32,007 nt of DNA, taken from UHGV virus genome UHGV-1480848. One strand, written 5' to 3'. Within the stretch, counting starts at the first letter, position 1; each line of letters begins with the position of its first letter. The translations under genes were made by a program, and so were the position numbers. This document shows positions 17,931 through 28,847 of the stretch, one piece after another. Under the pieces are notes generated by a model. That model ran no database searches. It worked only from the letters and a program-made list of their open reading frames with translations, and was not told where the DNA came from. This DNA comes from a virus.

Positions 17931-18126
17931 ACAGAATCAGGCATAAAATCAGCCGCACAGATTTTTTAAAACGCGCCACGGGATTTTTAAACCGGTATTT
18001 AACGGTGTATGAATCCCGTTTTATCTTCCTTCCACTTTCTTTCTCCAGTACTCAAATAGCATAACCCCAGATTTTCCCGCACCTCCCGCAAACTGACTGC
18101 TCATAAACCATGATGAGCAGCAGGAC
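17931..18126. promoter_or_regulatory. G-I intergenic region: candidate late promoter and candidate strong gyrase site
   Basis: 196 bp non-coding gap in an otherwise packed operon; 8-bp inverted repeat ACGGGATT (17978-17985) / AATCCCGT (18012-18019); CCCGCACCT at 18076-18084; GCTCAT/ATGAGC hairpin at 18099-18117 next to the I start. Confidence 0.5.
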
Positions 18127-19212
18127 ATGAAAAAACACGCGATTGGCATTGCCGCACTGAGTGCGCTGTCCATTGACGATGACGGCTGGTGCCAGCTATT
18201 GCCTGCCGGTCATTTCAGTGCCCGTGATGGTCGTCCGTTTGATGTGACAGGCGGTCAGGGGTGGTTCATCGACGGTGAGATTGCCGGGCGTCTGGTTGAA
18301 GGCGTTCGCGCGCTCAACCAGGACGTGCTGATTGATTACGAGCATAACCAGCTACGTAAGGACAAAGGATTACCCCCGGAACAACTCGTCGCGGCTGGCT
18401 GGTTTAACGCCGATGAAATGCAGTGGCGTGAAGGTGAAGGATTATTTATCCACCCACGCTGGACGGCGGCGGCCCAGCAGCGCATCGATGACGGCGAATT
18501 TGGTTATCTCTCTGCGGTTTTTCCGTATGACACCGACACCGGTGCAGTGCTGCAAATCCGCCTTGCTGCGCTGACCAATGACCCCGGTGCCACCGGCATG
18601 AAAAAGCTGACCGCACTGGCGGCAGACCTTCCCGACATCCTTCAACAGGAGAACAAACCCATGAATGAAACGCTGCGCAAGCTGCTTGCGCGTCTTGGGG
18701 TGACGGTCCCCGAAAATGCAGACATCACCGATGAACAGGCCAGCGCGGCCCTGAGTGCGCTTGATGCGCTCGAAACAGATGCCGGAAAAGTGGCGTCGTT
18801 ATCCGCCGAACTGGAAAAGGCACAGAAAGCCGCCGTTGACCTGACGAAATACGTCCCGGTGGAAAGCTACAACGCCCTGCGTGATGAACTGGCACAGGCG
18901 ACTGCACAAAGCGCCACAGCCAGCCTGAGCGCCGTTCTGGACAAGGCGGAACAGGAAGGCCGCATTTTCAAAAGCGAACGCACTTACTTGGAACAGCTTG
19001 GCGGTCAGATTGGCGTGGCGGCACTGTCGGCACAGCTTGAGAAAAAACAGCCCATCGCTGCGTTATCTGCCATGCAGACCACCACAGCGAAAATCCCGTC
19101 GCAGGAAAAACCGGCGGTGGCGGTGCTGTCTGCTGATGAACAGGCAGCAGTGAAGGCGCTCGGCATTACTGAGGCTGAGTATCTGAAAATGAAACAGGAA
19201 CAAGAAAAATGA
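18127..19212 (+). CDS. I: Head maturation protease / scaffold, Mu I-like
   Basis: 361 aa; N-terminal protease-like domain then Ala/Gln-rich helical scaffold-like C-terminus; lies before the major capsid gene. Confidence 0.85.
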   Translation: MKKHAIGIAALSALSIDDDGWCQLLPAGHFSARDGRPFDVTGGQGWFIDGEIAGRLVEGVRALNQDVLIDYEHNQLRKDKGLPPEQLVAAGWFNADEMQWREGEGLFIHPRWTAAAQQRIDDGEFGYLSAVFPYDTDTGAVLQIRLAALTNDPGATGMKKLTALAADLPDILQQENKPMNETLRKLLARLGVTVPENADITDEQASAALSALDALETDAGKVASLSAELEKAQKAAVDLTKYVPVESYNALRDELAQATAQSATASLSAVLDKAEQEGRIFKSERTYLEQLGGQIGVAALSAQLEKKQPIAALSAMQTTTAKIPSQEKPAVAVLSADEQAAVKALGITEAEYLKMKQEQEK

Positions 19213-20126
19213 TTGTCACCCCGGCATCCATTAAAGCCCTGATGACCTCCTGGCGTAAGGATTTTCAGGGCGGTCTTGAAGACGCCCCGTCGCAGTACAG
19301 CAAAATTGCAATGGTGGTGAACTCTTCCACCCGCAGTAATACCTATGGCTGGCTGGGTAAATTCCCGACCCTGAAAGAATGGGTGGGTAAGCGAACCATT
19401 CAGCAAATGGAAGCGCATGGCTACTCCATCGCCAATAAAACGTTTGAAGGCACCGTGGGTATTTCCCGTGATGACTTCGAGGATGACAATCTGGGTATTT
19501 ATGCGCCGATTTTTCAGGAGATGGGCCGTTCTGCGGCAGTTCAGCCGGATGAGCTGATTTTTAAACTTCTGAAAGATGGCTTTACCCAGCCCTGCTATGA
19601 CGGTCAGAACTTCTTCGACAAGGAGCATCCGGTATATCCGAATGTGGATGGCACGGGCAGCGCGGTTAATACCTCCAACATCGTTGAGCAGGACAGCTTC
19701 AGCGGTCTGCCATTCTATCTGCTGGACTGCTCCCGCGCAGTCAAACCGCTGATTTTCCAGGAGCGCCGCAAACCGGAACTGGTCGCACGAACCCGTATCG
19801 ATGACGACCACGTTTTTATGGATAACGAGTTCCTGTTTGGTGCCAGCGCCCGCCGTGCTGCCGGTTACGGCTTCTGGCAGATGGCTGTCGCGGTAAAAGG
19901 CGATCTGACGCTGGATAACCTCTGGAAGGGCTGGCAACTGATGCGCTCTTTTGAAGGTGATGGCGGTAAGAAGCTGGGCCTGAAGCCGACACATATCGTT
20001 GTACCGGTCGGGCTGGAAAAAGCCGCAGAGCAACTGCTTAACCGTGAACTGTTCGCGGATGGCAATACCACCGTCTCCAACGAGATGAAGGGCAAGCTGC
20101 AACTGGTTGTCGCTGACTACCTGTAA
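19209..20126 (+). CDS. T: Major capsid protein, Mu T-like
   Basis: 305 aa; ATGA overlap with I; followed by a strong terminator. Confidence 0.88.
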   Translation: MIVTPASIKALMTSWRKDFQGGLEDAPSQYSKIAMVVNSSTRSNTYGWLGKFPTLKEWVGKRTIQQMEAHGYSIANKTFEGTVGISRDDFEDDNLGIYAPIFQEMGRSAAVQPDELIFKLLKDGFTQPCYDGQNFFDKEHPVYPNVDGTGSAVNTSNIVEQDSFSGLPFYLLDCSRAVKPLIFQERRKPELVARTRIDDDHVFMDNEFLFGASARRAAGYGFWQMAVAVKGDLTLDNLWKGWQLMRSFEGDGGKKLGLKPTHIVVPVGLEKAAEQLLNRELFADGNTTVSNEMKGKLQLVVADYL

Positions 20127-20134
20127 CCGTCATT

Positions 20135-20160
20135 AAAAGGCGGTTCAGACCGCCTTTTAA
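20135..20160 (+). terminator. Rho-independent terminator/attenuator after the major capsid gene
   Basis: AAAAGGCGGT-TCAG-ACCGCCTTTT, a 10-bp stem with U-run. Confidence 0.75.
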
Positions 20161-20192
20161 CCTGATTTAAAGGAAAAGGAGGAGCATGTGTT

Positions 20193-20603
20193 ATGTCAGG
20201 CACTTCGCTTAATTCACAACGGCTGGACACTTCTCGCATCACTTGCACGGCGATTATTAAATGCCTTCGTCCGGTCTACCGCCGCGCCGGAATCGCCTTT
20301 ACGCGTGGCGAAAACACCGTGGAAGTCACCGAAGAACAACTGGCGATCATTCGTGCCGACAGCGTGCTGTCTGTGGTATCTGCATCGTCAGCAGAAACGC
20401 TCGCTGAGGCTGGGGGGCTGGACGTTCTGGGTGTGGGCGATCTGAATACCCGTATCCGTGCGACCGTTGCCGGTCTGGATAAGGCAAACCCGGAGCACTT
20501 TACCGCAGGGGGAGAACCCAAAGTGAAAGCCGTCAGTGCGGCGCTGGGGGAACCGGTGAGCAGTGCGCAAATCAAAGCGGCGCTGGTTGAGGCGGATGCA
20601 TGA
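20193..20603 (+). CDS. Hypothetical head-associated protein
   Basis: 136 aa; AGGAGG RBS; C-terminal segment KVKAVSAALGEPVSSAQIKAAL is HeH-like. Confidence 0.55.
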   Translation: MSGTSLNSQRLDTSRITCTAIIKCLRPVYRRAGIAFTRGENTVEVTEEQLAIIRADSVLSVVSASSAETLAEAGGLDVLGVGDLNTRIRATVAGLDKANPEHFTAGGEPKVKAVSAALGEPVSSAQIKAALVEADA

Positions 20604-21025
20604 ATTACGCGACGGTAAATGACCTGTGCGCCCGCTATACACGTACGCGGCTGGATATTCTCACCCGCCCTAAAACAGCGGACGGGCAGCCGGATGATGC
20701 CGTGGCAGAACAGGCACTGGCAGATGCTTCGGCCTTTATTGATGGTTATCTCGCCGCACGCTTTGTTCTGCCGCTTACAGTCGTCCCCTCACTGCTGAAA
20801 CGGCAGTGTTGCGTGGTGGCCTGGTTTTATCTGAATGAATCACAACCCACCGAGCAGATCACCGCTGCCTACAGGGACACAGTGCGCTGGCTGGAACAGG
20901 TGCGCGATGGCAAAACAGATCCCGGCGTGGAAAGCAGGACGGCAGCCTCGCCGGATGGTGAAAACCTTGTGCAGGTGCAGTCTGACGCGCCGGTCTTCTC
21001 ACGAAAACAGAAGGGGTTTATCTGA
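20600..21025 (+). CDS. Mu gp36-like head-tail connector/completion protein
   Basis: 141 aa; ATGA overlap; position between capsid and sheath genes. Confidence 0.65.
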   Translation: MNYATVNDLCARYTRTRLDILTRPKTADGQPDDAVAEQALADASAFIDGYLAARFVLPLTVVPSLLKRQCCVVAWFYLNESQPTEQITAAYRDTVRWLEQVRDGKTDPGVESRTAASPDGENLVQVQSDAPVFSRKQKGFI

Positions 21026-21573
21026 TGCTGGAAGAAACCGAAGCCGCACTGCTGGCGCGCGTTCGTGAGTTGTTTGGGGCAACCCTGCGGCAGGTGGAAC
21101 CCCTTACCGGCACATGGACTAACGAGGATGTGCACCGTCTCTTTCTGGCCCCGCCATCGGTATTTCTGGCATGGATGGGCTGTGGTGAGGGGCGTACGCG
21201 TCGGGAAGTTGAAAGTCGCTGGGCATTTTTTGTCGTGGCGGAGTTGCTGAACGGGGAACCGGTAAACCGGCCCGGTATTTATCAGATTGTGGAGCGACTG
21301 ATTGCCGGTGTTAACGGTCAGACGTTTGGCCCGACCACCGGGATGAGGCTGACGCAGGTCAGAAATCTTTGTGACGACAACCGTATCAATGCCGGTGTGG
21401 TGCTTTACGGCGTTCTGTTCAGTGGCACAACCCCGCTGCCGTCCGTGGTGGACCTGGATTCGCTGGATGATTACGAGCGTCACTGGCAGACCTGGAAATT
21501 CCCGGACGAAACCCCGGAATTTGCCGCACATATCAATGTGAATCAGGAAAAGGATCATGATGCTGAAAATTAA
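21025..21573 (+). CDS. Mu gp37-like head-tail joining protein
   Basis: 182 aa; gene order. Confidence 0.6.
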   Translation: MLEETEAALLARVRELFGATLRQVEPLTGTWTNEDVHRLFLAPPSVFLAWMGCGEGRTRREVESRWAFFVVAELLNGEPVNRPGIYQIVERLIAGVNGQTFGPTTGMRLTQVRNLCDDNRINAGVVLYGVLFSGTTPLPSVVDLDSLDDYERHWQTWKFPDETPEFAAHINVNQEKDHDAEN

Positions 21574-21763
21574 ACCCGCAGCGGGAAAAGCCATCCGTGA
21601 CCCGCTCACGATGAAATTACTGGCTCCGGAGGGAGAAGAAAAGCCCCGTAACAGTTTCTGGATACGTCGCCTTGCAGCCGGTGATGTGGTTGAAGTCGGG
21701 AGCACCGAAAACACGGCGGATGATACCGACGCTGCGCCGAAAAAACGGAGTAAATCGAAATGA
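21557..21763 (+). CDS. Mu gp38-like small protein
   Basis: 68 aa immediately before the sheath gene; Lys-rich C-terminus. Confidence 0.55.
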   Translation: MMLKIKPAAGKAIRDPLTMKLLAPEGEEKPRNSFWIRRLAAGDVVEVGSTENTADDTDAAPKKRSKSK

Positions 21764-23247
21764 GCGATATTTCATTTAACGCGATCCCGTCAGATGTTCG
21801 CGTTCCTCTGACGTATATCGAATTTGATAACAGCAATGCCGTCAGCGGAACACCGGCTCCCCGCCAGCGCGTGCTGATGTTCGGGCAAAGCGGAAGTAAA
21901 GCCAGTGCCGCACCGAACGTGCCTGTCCGTATCCGTTCCGGCTCACAGGCCAGTGCGGCATTTGGTCAGGGTTCCATGCTGGCACTGATGGCAGATGCAT
22001 TCCTGAACGCTAACCGCGTGGCGGAGCTGTGGTGTATCCCGCAGGGAAACGGCACCGGTAATGCTGCTGTCGGTGAAATCTCACTGTCAGGAACTGCAGG
22101 CGAAAACGGCTCGCTTGTGACCTATATTGCCGGTCAGCGACTGGCGATATCCGTCGCAGCAGGTACAAAAGGGGCTGCGCTGGCTGACCTACTGGTTGCC
22201 CGAATCAAAGGCCAGCCGGATTTACCGGTGACGGCAGAAGTTCGCGCAGACAGCGGAGATGATGATACCCATGCGGACGTGGTTCTGAGTGCAAAATTTA
22301 CGGGTGCATTATCTGCCGTGGATGTGCGCTGGAACTATTACGCGGGTGAAACCACCCCTTACGGGATTATCACGGCATTCAAAGCCGCCTCCGGGAAAAA
22401 TGGCAACCCGGATATCAGCGCAAGTATCGCGGGAATGGGCGATCTGCAATACAAATATATTGTGATGCCCTATACCGATGAACCGAACCTGAATCTGTTA
22501 CGCACTGAATTGCAGGAACGCTGGGGACCGGTCAATCAGGCTGATGGCTTTGCTGTGACAGTGCTGTCCGGCACGTATGGGGACATTTCCACGTTTGGTG
22601 TCAGCCGTAATGACCATCTGATTTCCTGTATGGGGATTGCCGGTGCACCGGAACCGTCATATCTGTACGCCGCCACACTGTGTGCCGTTGCCAGCCAGGC
22701 GCTTTCCATCGACCCGGCGCGTCCACTCCAGACGCTGACGTTGCCCGGAAGAATGCCGCCTGCGGTGGGGGATCGTTTCACCTGGTCAGAACGTAATGCG
22801 CTGCTGTTTGACGGCATCTCCACGTTTAACGTGAATGATGGTGGTGAAATGCAGATTGAACGCATGATCACGATGTACCGCACAAACAAGTACGGTGACA
22901 GCGATCCGTCTTATCTGAACGTGAATACCATCGCCACGCTGAGTTATCTGCGTTATTCGCTGCGAACCCGCATCACGCAGAAATTCCCGAACTACAAGCT
23001 GGCAAGTGATGGCACCCGCTTTGCCACCGGTCAGGCCGTGGTGACGCCATCCGTGATCAAAACGGAGCTGCTGGCACTGTTTGAAGAATGGGAAAACGCC
23101 GGACTGGTCGAGGATTTCGACACGTTCAAAGAGGAGCTGTATGTGGCACGTAACAAGGACGACAAAGACCGTCTTGATGTGCTGTGTGGCCCGAATCTGA
23201 TTAACCAGTTCCGCATTTTCGCGGCACAAGTTCAGTTCATTCTGTAA
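21760..23247 (+). CDS. L: Contractile tail sheath protein
   Basis: 495 aa; size and position before the tube gene. Confidence 0.88.
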   Translation: MSDISFNAIPSDVRVPLTYIEFDNSNAVSGTPAPRQRVLMFGQSGSKASAAPNVPVRIRSGSQASAAFGQGSMLALMADAFLNANRVAELWCIPQGNGTGNAAVGEISLSGTAGENGSLVTYIAGQRLAISVAAGTKGAALADLLVARIKGQPDLPVTAEVRADSGDDDTHADVVLSAKFTGALSAVDVRWNYYAGETTPYGIITAFKAASGKNGNPDISASIAGMGDLQYKYIVMPYTDEPNLNLLRTELQERWGPVNQADGFAVTVLSGTYGDISTFGVSRNDHLISCMGIAGAPEPSYLYAATLCAVASQALSIDPARPLQTLTLPGRMPPAVGDRFTWSERNALLFDGISTFNVNDGGEMQIERMITMYRTNKYGDSDPSYLNVNTIATLSYLRYSLRTRITQKFPNYKLASDGTRFATGQAVVTPSVIKTELLALFEEWENAGLVEDFDTFKEELYVARNKDDKDRLDVLCGPNLINQFRIFAAQVQFIL

Positions 23248-23256
23248 GGAGCATTT

Positions 23257-23613
23257 ATGGCTGGAAATCAGCGTCAGGGGGTGGCGTTCATCCGTGTCAA
23301 TGGCATGGAGCTTGAAACGATGGAAGGTGCCTCCTTCACACCTTCCGGCATCACCCGTGAAGAAGTGACCGGCTCGCGGGTTTATGGCTGGAAAGGTAAA
23401 CCACGTGCCGCAAAGCTGGAATGCAAAATTCCGGGCGGTGGTGATATCGGTCTGGATGAAATCATCGGCTGGGAAAACATCACGGCAGAGTTTCAGGCAG
23501 ACACCGGTGAAACCTGGATGATGGCGAATGCCTGGCAGGCAGATGAACCGAAAAACGACGGCGGCGAAATTTCGCTGGTACTGATGGCAAAACAAAGCAA
23601 ACGCATTGCATAA
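23257..23613 (+). CDS. M: Tail tube protein
   Basis: 118 aa directly after the sheath gene. Confidence 0.8.
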   Translation: MAGNQRQGVAFIRVNGMELETMEGASFTPSGITREEVTGSRVYGWKGKPRAAKLECKIPGGGDIGLDEIIGWENITAEFQADTGETWMMANAWQADEPKNDGGEISLVLMAKQSKRIA

Positions 23614-23622
23614 GGGGAAACA

Positions 23623-24057
23623 ATGGACGAAATGAATTTAGGTCCTGAAGCACAGGAACTGCATGACAGCATTGTGGCAGAAATTCAGTCCGGCGTGCTG
23701 AAACTGAAAGACGGCCTGCCGTTCGGCACCGGTGACGAGACTGAAATGCAGTATGACGTGACACTGCGTGAACTGACCGCAGGCGATCTGATTGATGCCC
23801 AGGCGGCTGCTGAAAAGCTGGTAATGAGCAAGGAAGGCCCGGTGCTGGTCAGTTCCCCGTCCCGGATGGGACTGGAAATGCTGCGCCGACAGATTGCCAG
23901 CGTGGGTTGCATCAAAGGCCCGTTATCGCTGGCGCTGATGCGCAAGCTGTCTGTTGATGACTTCCAGCGTCTGTCGCTGGCTACAGAGATGCACGACATG
24001 GCTGTGGCGGCATCGCTGACGCAAGAACGGGGGCGAGTGGCTGCGGTGCCGGAATGA
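23623..24057 (+). CDS. Tail assembly chaperone
   Basis: 144 aa acidic protein between tube and tape-measure genes. Confidence 0.65.
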   Translation: MDEMNLGPEAQELHDSIVAEIQSGVLKLKDGLPFGTGDETEMQYDVTLRELTAGDLIDAQAAAEKLVMSKEGPVLVSSPSRMGLEMLRRQIASVGCIKGPLSLALMRKLSVDDFQRLSLATEMHDMAVAASLTQERGRVAAVPE

Positions 24058-24201
24058 TATTGAGAAAGCGGCGACAGCGATTGGCGTTATTCTGAAAAGT
24101 GGCCCGGAATGGGCCTTGTCTCTCCCGCTGTCCCGCTTTTTCCGGCACTGCCAGCAGGCTAAAACCCTCTCTCAATATCACCGTTAAATCAGGAAATCTC
24201 T

Positions 24202-26223
24202 ATGACCGGGAAACGCTTAAAGGCGTCTGTCATTATTGACCTTAATGGCAATCTTTCCCGGCGTTCCCGCCAGTATTCGAACCAGATAAACGCCCTGTCC
24301 CGTAGCGGGCAAAGTTCCCTGCGTGCCCTGCGTATGGAGGTTGTGCGCGTTTCTGGTGCCATTGACAGAATGGGTTCACTGTCAACCCGTACATTCCGAA
24401 TGCTGTCAGCCGGGGCGCTGGGTATCGCTGGTGTGGGTTACACCGCCAATAAACTGTTTATTGGTGCAGCCGCCCAGCGTGAGCAGCAAATTATCGCCAT
24501 GAACTCGCTGTATCACGGCGATAAGGTCAGAGCGCAGGCCATGATGGCCTGGGCGAAGCAGAACGCGAAGGACACCACGTGGGGGCTGAGTGGTGTTCTG
24601 GATGAGATCCGTTCGTCGAAAGGCTTCGGCATGACGGATGAACAGACGAAACAGTTCATCACCATGTTGCAGGATCAGGGGGCCATGCACGGCTGGGATT
24701 TACCCACTGCACAGGGTGCCTCACTGCAACTGAAACAGATGTTTGCCCGCCAGCAAATCACGGCGGCGGATGCCAACCTGCTGACCGGTTACGGTATCAA
24801 CGTTTATCAGGCGCTGGCGGATGCAACGGGAACGGACGTTAAAAAAATCCGTGATCTGGGTACAAAGGGCAAGCTGGGCATGAAATCCATTCTGACGGTA
24901 TTCAGAACGCTGTCAGAACAGTCAAAAGGTGCACAGGCCAGTGCGATGAACTCCTGGGACGGGATGTTCGCCCAGATGGAAGCTAACCTGCTTGAATTTC
25001 GCATAAAGGTGGCAAACAGCGGCCCCTTTGAAGAAATCAAGAACGAGATGCGCCGGGTGCTTAACTGGCACGACATGGCGGATAAATCCGGGGAACTTGA
25101 CGCACTGGCAGAAAACATTGGTCAGAAATTTCTGACCACGTTCAGAACGGTAAAAATCGCGGCGCAGGAATTATGGCGCTGGCTGAAACCGGGTAAAGAT
25201 GCGCTGGCATGGGTTGACCAGAATATTGTCAGCCTGAAAAAACTGGCTGCTGTTCTGGTGTCTGTCTGGCTTGCCAATAAAGCCCTGAGAGCAGGCTGGG
25301 CTGTGGCAAAACCCTCATGGCAGGTTGCCAGTTATCCGTTTAAAACCGGACGTCGTATGTGGCGCTGGATGCGGAACCGCAAACGTGGGCAGGCAGGTCT
25401 GCCGGTCCCGGATGCCATGACGTCTGAGACGCTGTTGCAGGGTATCGGCATTCAGCGTGTGTTTGTCATCAACTGGCCCCGTGGATTTGGTGGCTACGGG
25501 AGTGGCGGCGGTCGTCGCGGACGGAGCGGCAGAAGAATGGCCCCGCTGTTACCACGCCCTGTACTGGCATTACCCCCACCCGGCGTACCGGTAACGGCAC
25601 GGCCTGCACCATTACCTTTAGCCGGTAAATCCGGTCTTCTGAGCAGGCTTGCAGGCAGTGCTGCCGGGCAACTGGTTACGGGAACGGTCGGAAAGCTGGC
25701 TGATGCCGGGCGTGCTGTTGGCGGGTGGTTTTCCGGTATCGGAAACAAACTTGCAGGCAGTGCGATCGGTCGGGTTGTGACAAAAGGTGCCGGGGCGCTG
25801 GGCTGGATGGGGAAAGGTGCCGGTCGTGCGTTGTCACGTCTGGGTGGCCCGGTAATGGGGGCACTCCAGCTTGCCCCCGTCCTGATGGATGAACAGGCGT
25901 CAACCCATGAAAAAGCAGGCGCAATTGGCAGTACAGCCGGTGCATGGCTCGGCGGTGCCGTTGGCAGCCTTGCCGGACCGCTGGGTACGGTTGCCGGTGC
26001 CACGCTGGGCAGTGTCGCCGGCGAGTATCTGGGCGGTTTTGTAACCGACCTGTATCAGAAATGGACGGCCACGGATAAGGAACCGCAGGAGCAAAAAGTC
26101 AATGCGGAAGCCTCGTTGCGCGTCGAACTCGGCGAGGGGTTACGTCTGACCAGTTCCCGCGTCACCGAGGATGGTATGGGGCTGAATATTTACGCGGGAG
26201 ATAACTACATTACAGGCTGGTAA
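24202..26223 (+). CDS. Tail tape measure protein
   Basis: 673 aa; helical N-terminal half; Gly/Arg-rich [18 protein letters not shown] and Pro-rich segment; Gly/Ala-rich TM-like C-terminal region. Confidence 0.85.
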   Translation: MTGKRLKASVIIDLNGNLSRRSRQYSNQINALSRSGQSSLRALRMEVVRVSGAIDRMGSLSTRTFRMLSAGALGIAGVGYTANKLFIGAAAQREQQIIAMNSLYHGDKVRAQAMMAWAKQNAKDTTWGLSGVLDEIRSSKGFGMTDEQTKQFITMLQDQGAMHGWDLPTAQGASLQLKQMFARQQITAADANLLTGYGINVYQALADATGTDVKKIRDLGTKGKLGMKSILTVFRTLSEQSKGAQASAMNSWDGMFAQMEANLLEFRIKVANSGPFEEIKNEMRRVLNWHDMADKSGELDALAENIGQKFLTTFRTVKIAAQELWRWLKPGKDALAWVDQNIVSLKKLAAVLVSVWLANKALRAGWAVAKPSWQVASYPFKTGRRMWRWMRNRKRGQAGLPVPDAMTSETLLQGIGIQRVFVINWPRGFGGYGSGGGRRGRSGRRMAPLLPRPVLALPPPGVPVTARPAPLPLAGKSGLLSRLAGSAAGQLVTGTVGKLADAGRAVGGWFSGIGNKLAGSAIGRVVTKGAGALGWMGKGAGRALSRLGGPVMGALQLAPVLMDEQASTHEKAGAIGSTAGAWLGGAVGSLAGPLGTVAGATLGSVAGEYLGGFVTDLYQKWTATDKEPQEQKVNAEASLRVELGEGLRLTSSRVTEDGMGLNIYAGDNYITGW

Positions 26224-26227
26224 AACC

Positions 26228-27715
26228 ATGTTTGAAGATGCTTTAAATGCCGTTAATGCTGTCCGGGATAAAATCAGCGGTGGTAAGAAAACAACCGGCA
26301 AAGGCACGTTTCGTAACGTGCCGTTTCTCGTCATCGAGGAGCAAAAACAGGCTGGCGGACGTCGCCTGGTTAAACGCGAGTACCCGTTACGTGATACCGG
26401 CGGCGTCAATGACCTGGGGAAAAAGCTTCGCTCCCGTACATTCAGCGCCTGCATTCTGAACAGCAACGCAGAAACAGCCAGAGATGAAGCGGGTGCGCTG
26501 ATGGATGCTCTTGATGCTCCGGGCAGCGGTGAGCTGGTGCACCCTGATTTCGGCACTGTGGACGTCATGGTGGATTCATGGGAATGCCGCACTAAAGCGG
26601 ATGAACTGAATTATTACGCGTTCACCGTTACCGTTTATCCGTCGTTGCAGGATACTGCCCCGGACGCAGAGACAGACACCAGTGCAGCCGTACCGGCACA
26701 GGCCGTTGCTGTAACCGGTTCTCTGGGAGATACGCTGTCCTCTGTCTGGCAGACCGTAAAAGATGGCACTGCGGCGGCAACCGCCGTGATGGAAGCTGTA
26801 ACCGGTGTCATCGATGATATCAGTGATGCGGTGGACAATCTGGGGGTTACGCAGACTGTCAGTGGTCTGATGGGCTCGCTTTCCGCGATGAAAGGCTCTG
26901 TGACCAGCCTGATTAATCAACCTGCCATGCTGGCCTCCTCGCTGATGGGGGCGCTGTCCGGCGTTTCATCGTTATGCGATACCCGGACAGCATTTTCCAC
27001 ATGGAACCGTCTGGCGCAGCGATTCGAACGTCGCCATGCCGCCACCGCAGGCAGACAGGGGGCAATCACAACCTCGTACAACAGTCCGGTTGCAGAAAAA
27101 AATATTGCCACACTGAACTACGTCATGCTGGCAGCGGCGCAGACATACCGGGCAGAAGCTGCCAGCCAGGCACTGACTGCGGCACTGGATTTCAGTCGCC
27201 GGATGGATAATGCCGCCCGTGCACCTGTACTGGATGCCCCGTCCACCACAACCGGCACAGCCAGCGGGGCCAGCAGCACATCTGCTACCGTCACACAGGG
27301 ACAGTTACAGTTAACTGCCATAACCCCGGACGGCGGCTTTTCACAGGTATCCTTTTCAGACAGTGGTACAGCCACGCCCCCGGTATTTGAAAGTGTGTCC
27401 GATATCGGAAAAACAGCCGCCATGCTGGGGGCTGCACTGGATACCGTCATTCTGACGGCATCTGAGCAGGGCTTTTCGACAGACAGCGTTCAGCTTACGC
27501 AACTGCGTCTGCTGGTTGTTGCCGACCTGGAAAAACGCGGGCTGCAACTGGCGGGCAGTGAAACGCACCGCCTGCCGGAGACGATGCCTGCAATGGTGGC
27601 CCTGTACCGTTACACAGGAAACAGCCGGAACTGGCAACGGCTGGCCCGCAGGAACGGTATCAGCAACCCGTTGTTTGTTCCCGGTGGTGTCAGTATTGAG
27701 GTGATTAATGAGTAA
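26228..27715 (+). CDS. DNA circulation protein family (Mu N-like) tail/baseplate protein
   Basis: 495 aa following the tape-measure gene; Ser/Thr/Ala-rich linker. Confidence 0.75.
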   Translation: MFEDALNAVNAVRDKISGGKKTTGKGTFRNVPFLVIEEQKQAGGRRLVKREYPLRDTGGVNDLGKKLRSRTFSACILNSNAETARDEAGALMDALDAPGSGELVHPDFGTVDVMVDSWECRTKADELNYYAFTVTVYPSLQDTAPDAETDTSAAVPAQAVAVTGSLGDTLSSVWQTVKDGTAAATAVMEAVTGVIDDISDAVDNLGVTQTVSGLMGSLSAMKGSVTSLINQPAMLASSLMGALSGVSSLCDTRTAFSTWNRLAQRFERRHAATAGRQGAITTSYNSPVAEKNIATLNYVMLAAAQTYRAEAASQALTAALDFSRRMDNAARAPVLDAPSTTTGTASGASSTSATVTQGQLQLTAITPDGGFSQVSFSDSGTATPPVFESVSDIGKTAAMLGAALDTVILTASEQGFSTDSVQLTQLRLLVVADLEKRGLQLAGSETHRLPETMPAMVALYRYTGNSRNWQRLARRNGISNPLFVPGGVSIEVINE

Positions 27716-28847
27716 TACCGTCACACTGCGAGCGGATGGCAGGCTTTTTACCGGCTGGACGTCAGTCTCTGTCACCCGCTCCATTGAATCCGTAGCCGGA
27801 TATTTTGAGCTGGGGGTGAATGTGCCACCGGGTACAGATTTATCCGGGCTGGCACCGGGGAAAGCGTTCACGCTGGAAATCGACGGGCAGATTGTCTGCA
27901 CCGGTTACATCGATTCGCGGCGACGCCAGATGACCGCTGACAGCATGAAAATCATTATTGCCGGGCGCGACAAAACGGCTGACCTGATTGACTGTGCAGC
28001 CGTTTACAGTGGCGGGCAGTGGAAAAACCGCACACTGGAACAGATTGCGCGTGACCTGTGCGCCCCTTATGGCGTTACCGTTCGCTGGGAGCTTTCCGAT
28101 AAGGAAAGTTCGGCAGCTTTTCCCGGCTTCACGCTGGACCATTCAGAAACCGTTTATGAGGCGCTGGTGCGTGCCTCCCGCGCACGCGGTGTACTGATGA
28201 CCAGCAATGCCGCCGGAGAGCTGGTATTCAGCCGGGCTGCCAGCACAGCCACTGATGAGCTGGTTCTCGGAGAAAATCTGCTGACACTGGATTTTGAGGA
28301 AGACTTCCGCGACCGGTTCAGCGAATACACCGTCAAGGGGTATGCCCGCGCAAACGGTGCTGAGGGTGATGATATTGATGCGAAAAGTATCGTCTCCCGG
28401 AAAGGGACCGCCACTGACAGTGATGTGACCCGTTACAGACCGATGATCATCATTGCCGACAGCAAAATTACGGCGAAGGATGCACAGGCCCGCGCCCTGC
28501 GTGAGCAACGCCGCAGACTGGCAAAATCCATCACCTTTGAGGCTGAAATTGACGGATGGACTCGCAAGGACGGGCAACTCTGGATGCCGAACCTGCTGGT
28601 CACTATTGATGCCTCGAAATATGCCATCAAAACCACGGAATTACTGGTCAGCAAAGTCACCCTGATACTGAATGACCAGGACGGGCTGAAAACCCGCGTC
28701 AGCCTTGCACCACGCGAAGGCTTTCTGGTGCCGGTTGAAAGCGACCGTAAAAACAGGAAAGGCGGCGACAGTAACGGCGGTATTGATGCGCTGGTTGAAG
28801 ATTATTATCGCAGACACCCGGAGAAAACACCGCCGTGGAAAGAGTAA
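27708..28847 (+). CDS. Baseplate hub-like protein (Mu P-like)
   Basis: 379 aa; 8-nt overlap with the upstream gene; position. Confidence 0.75.
   Translation: MSNTVTLRADGRLFTGWTSVSVTRSIESVAGYFELGVNVPPGTDLSGLAPGKAFTLEIDGQIVCTGYIDSRRRQMTADSMKIIIAGRDKTADLIDCAAVYSGGQWKNRTLEQIARDLCAPYGVTVRWELSDKESSAAFPGFTLDHSETVYEALVRASRARGVLMTSNAAGELVFSRAASTATDELVLGENLLTLDFEEDFRDRFSEYTVKGYARANGAEGDDIDAKSIVSRKGTATDSDVTRYRPMIIIADSKITAKDAQARALREQRRRLAKSITFEAEIDGWTRKDGQLWMPNLLVTIDASKYAIKTTELLVSKVTLILNDQDGLKTRVSLAPREGFLVPVESDRKNRKGGDSNGGIDALVEDYYRRHPEKTPPWKE

Noticed and set aside
19005-20102. 365-aa ORF on the minus strand
   Set aside because: Lies entirely antisense to the major capsid gene; long open antisense frames are common in GC-rich phage late regions.
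20869-21714. 281-aa ORF on the minus strand
   Set aside because: Antisense to the gp36/gp37/gp38-like genes; no independent support.
22786-23595. 269-aa ORF on the minus strand
   Set aside because: Antisense to the sheath and tube genes.
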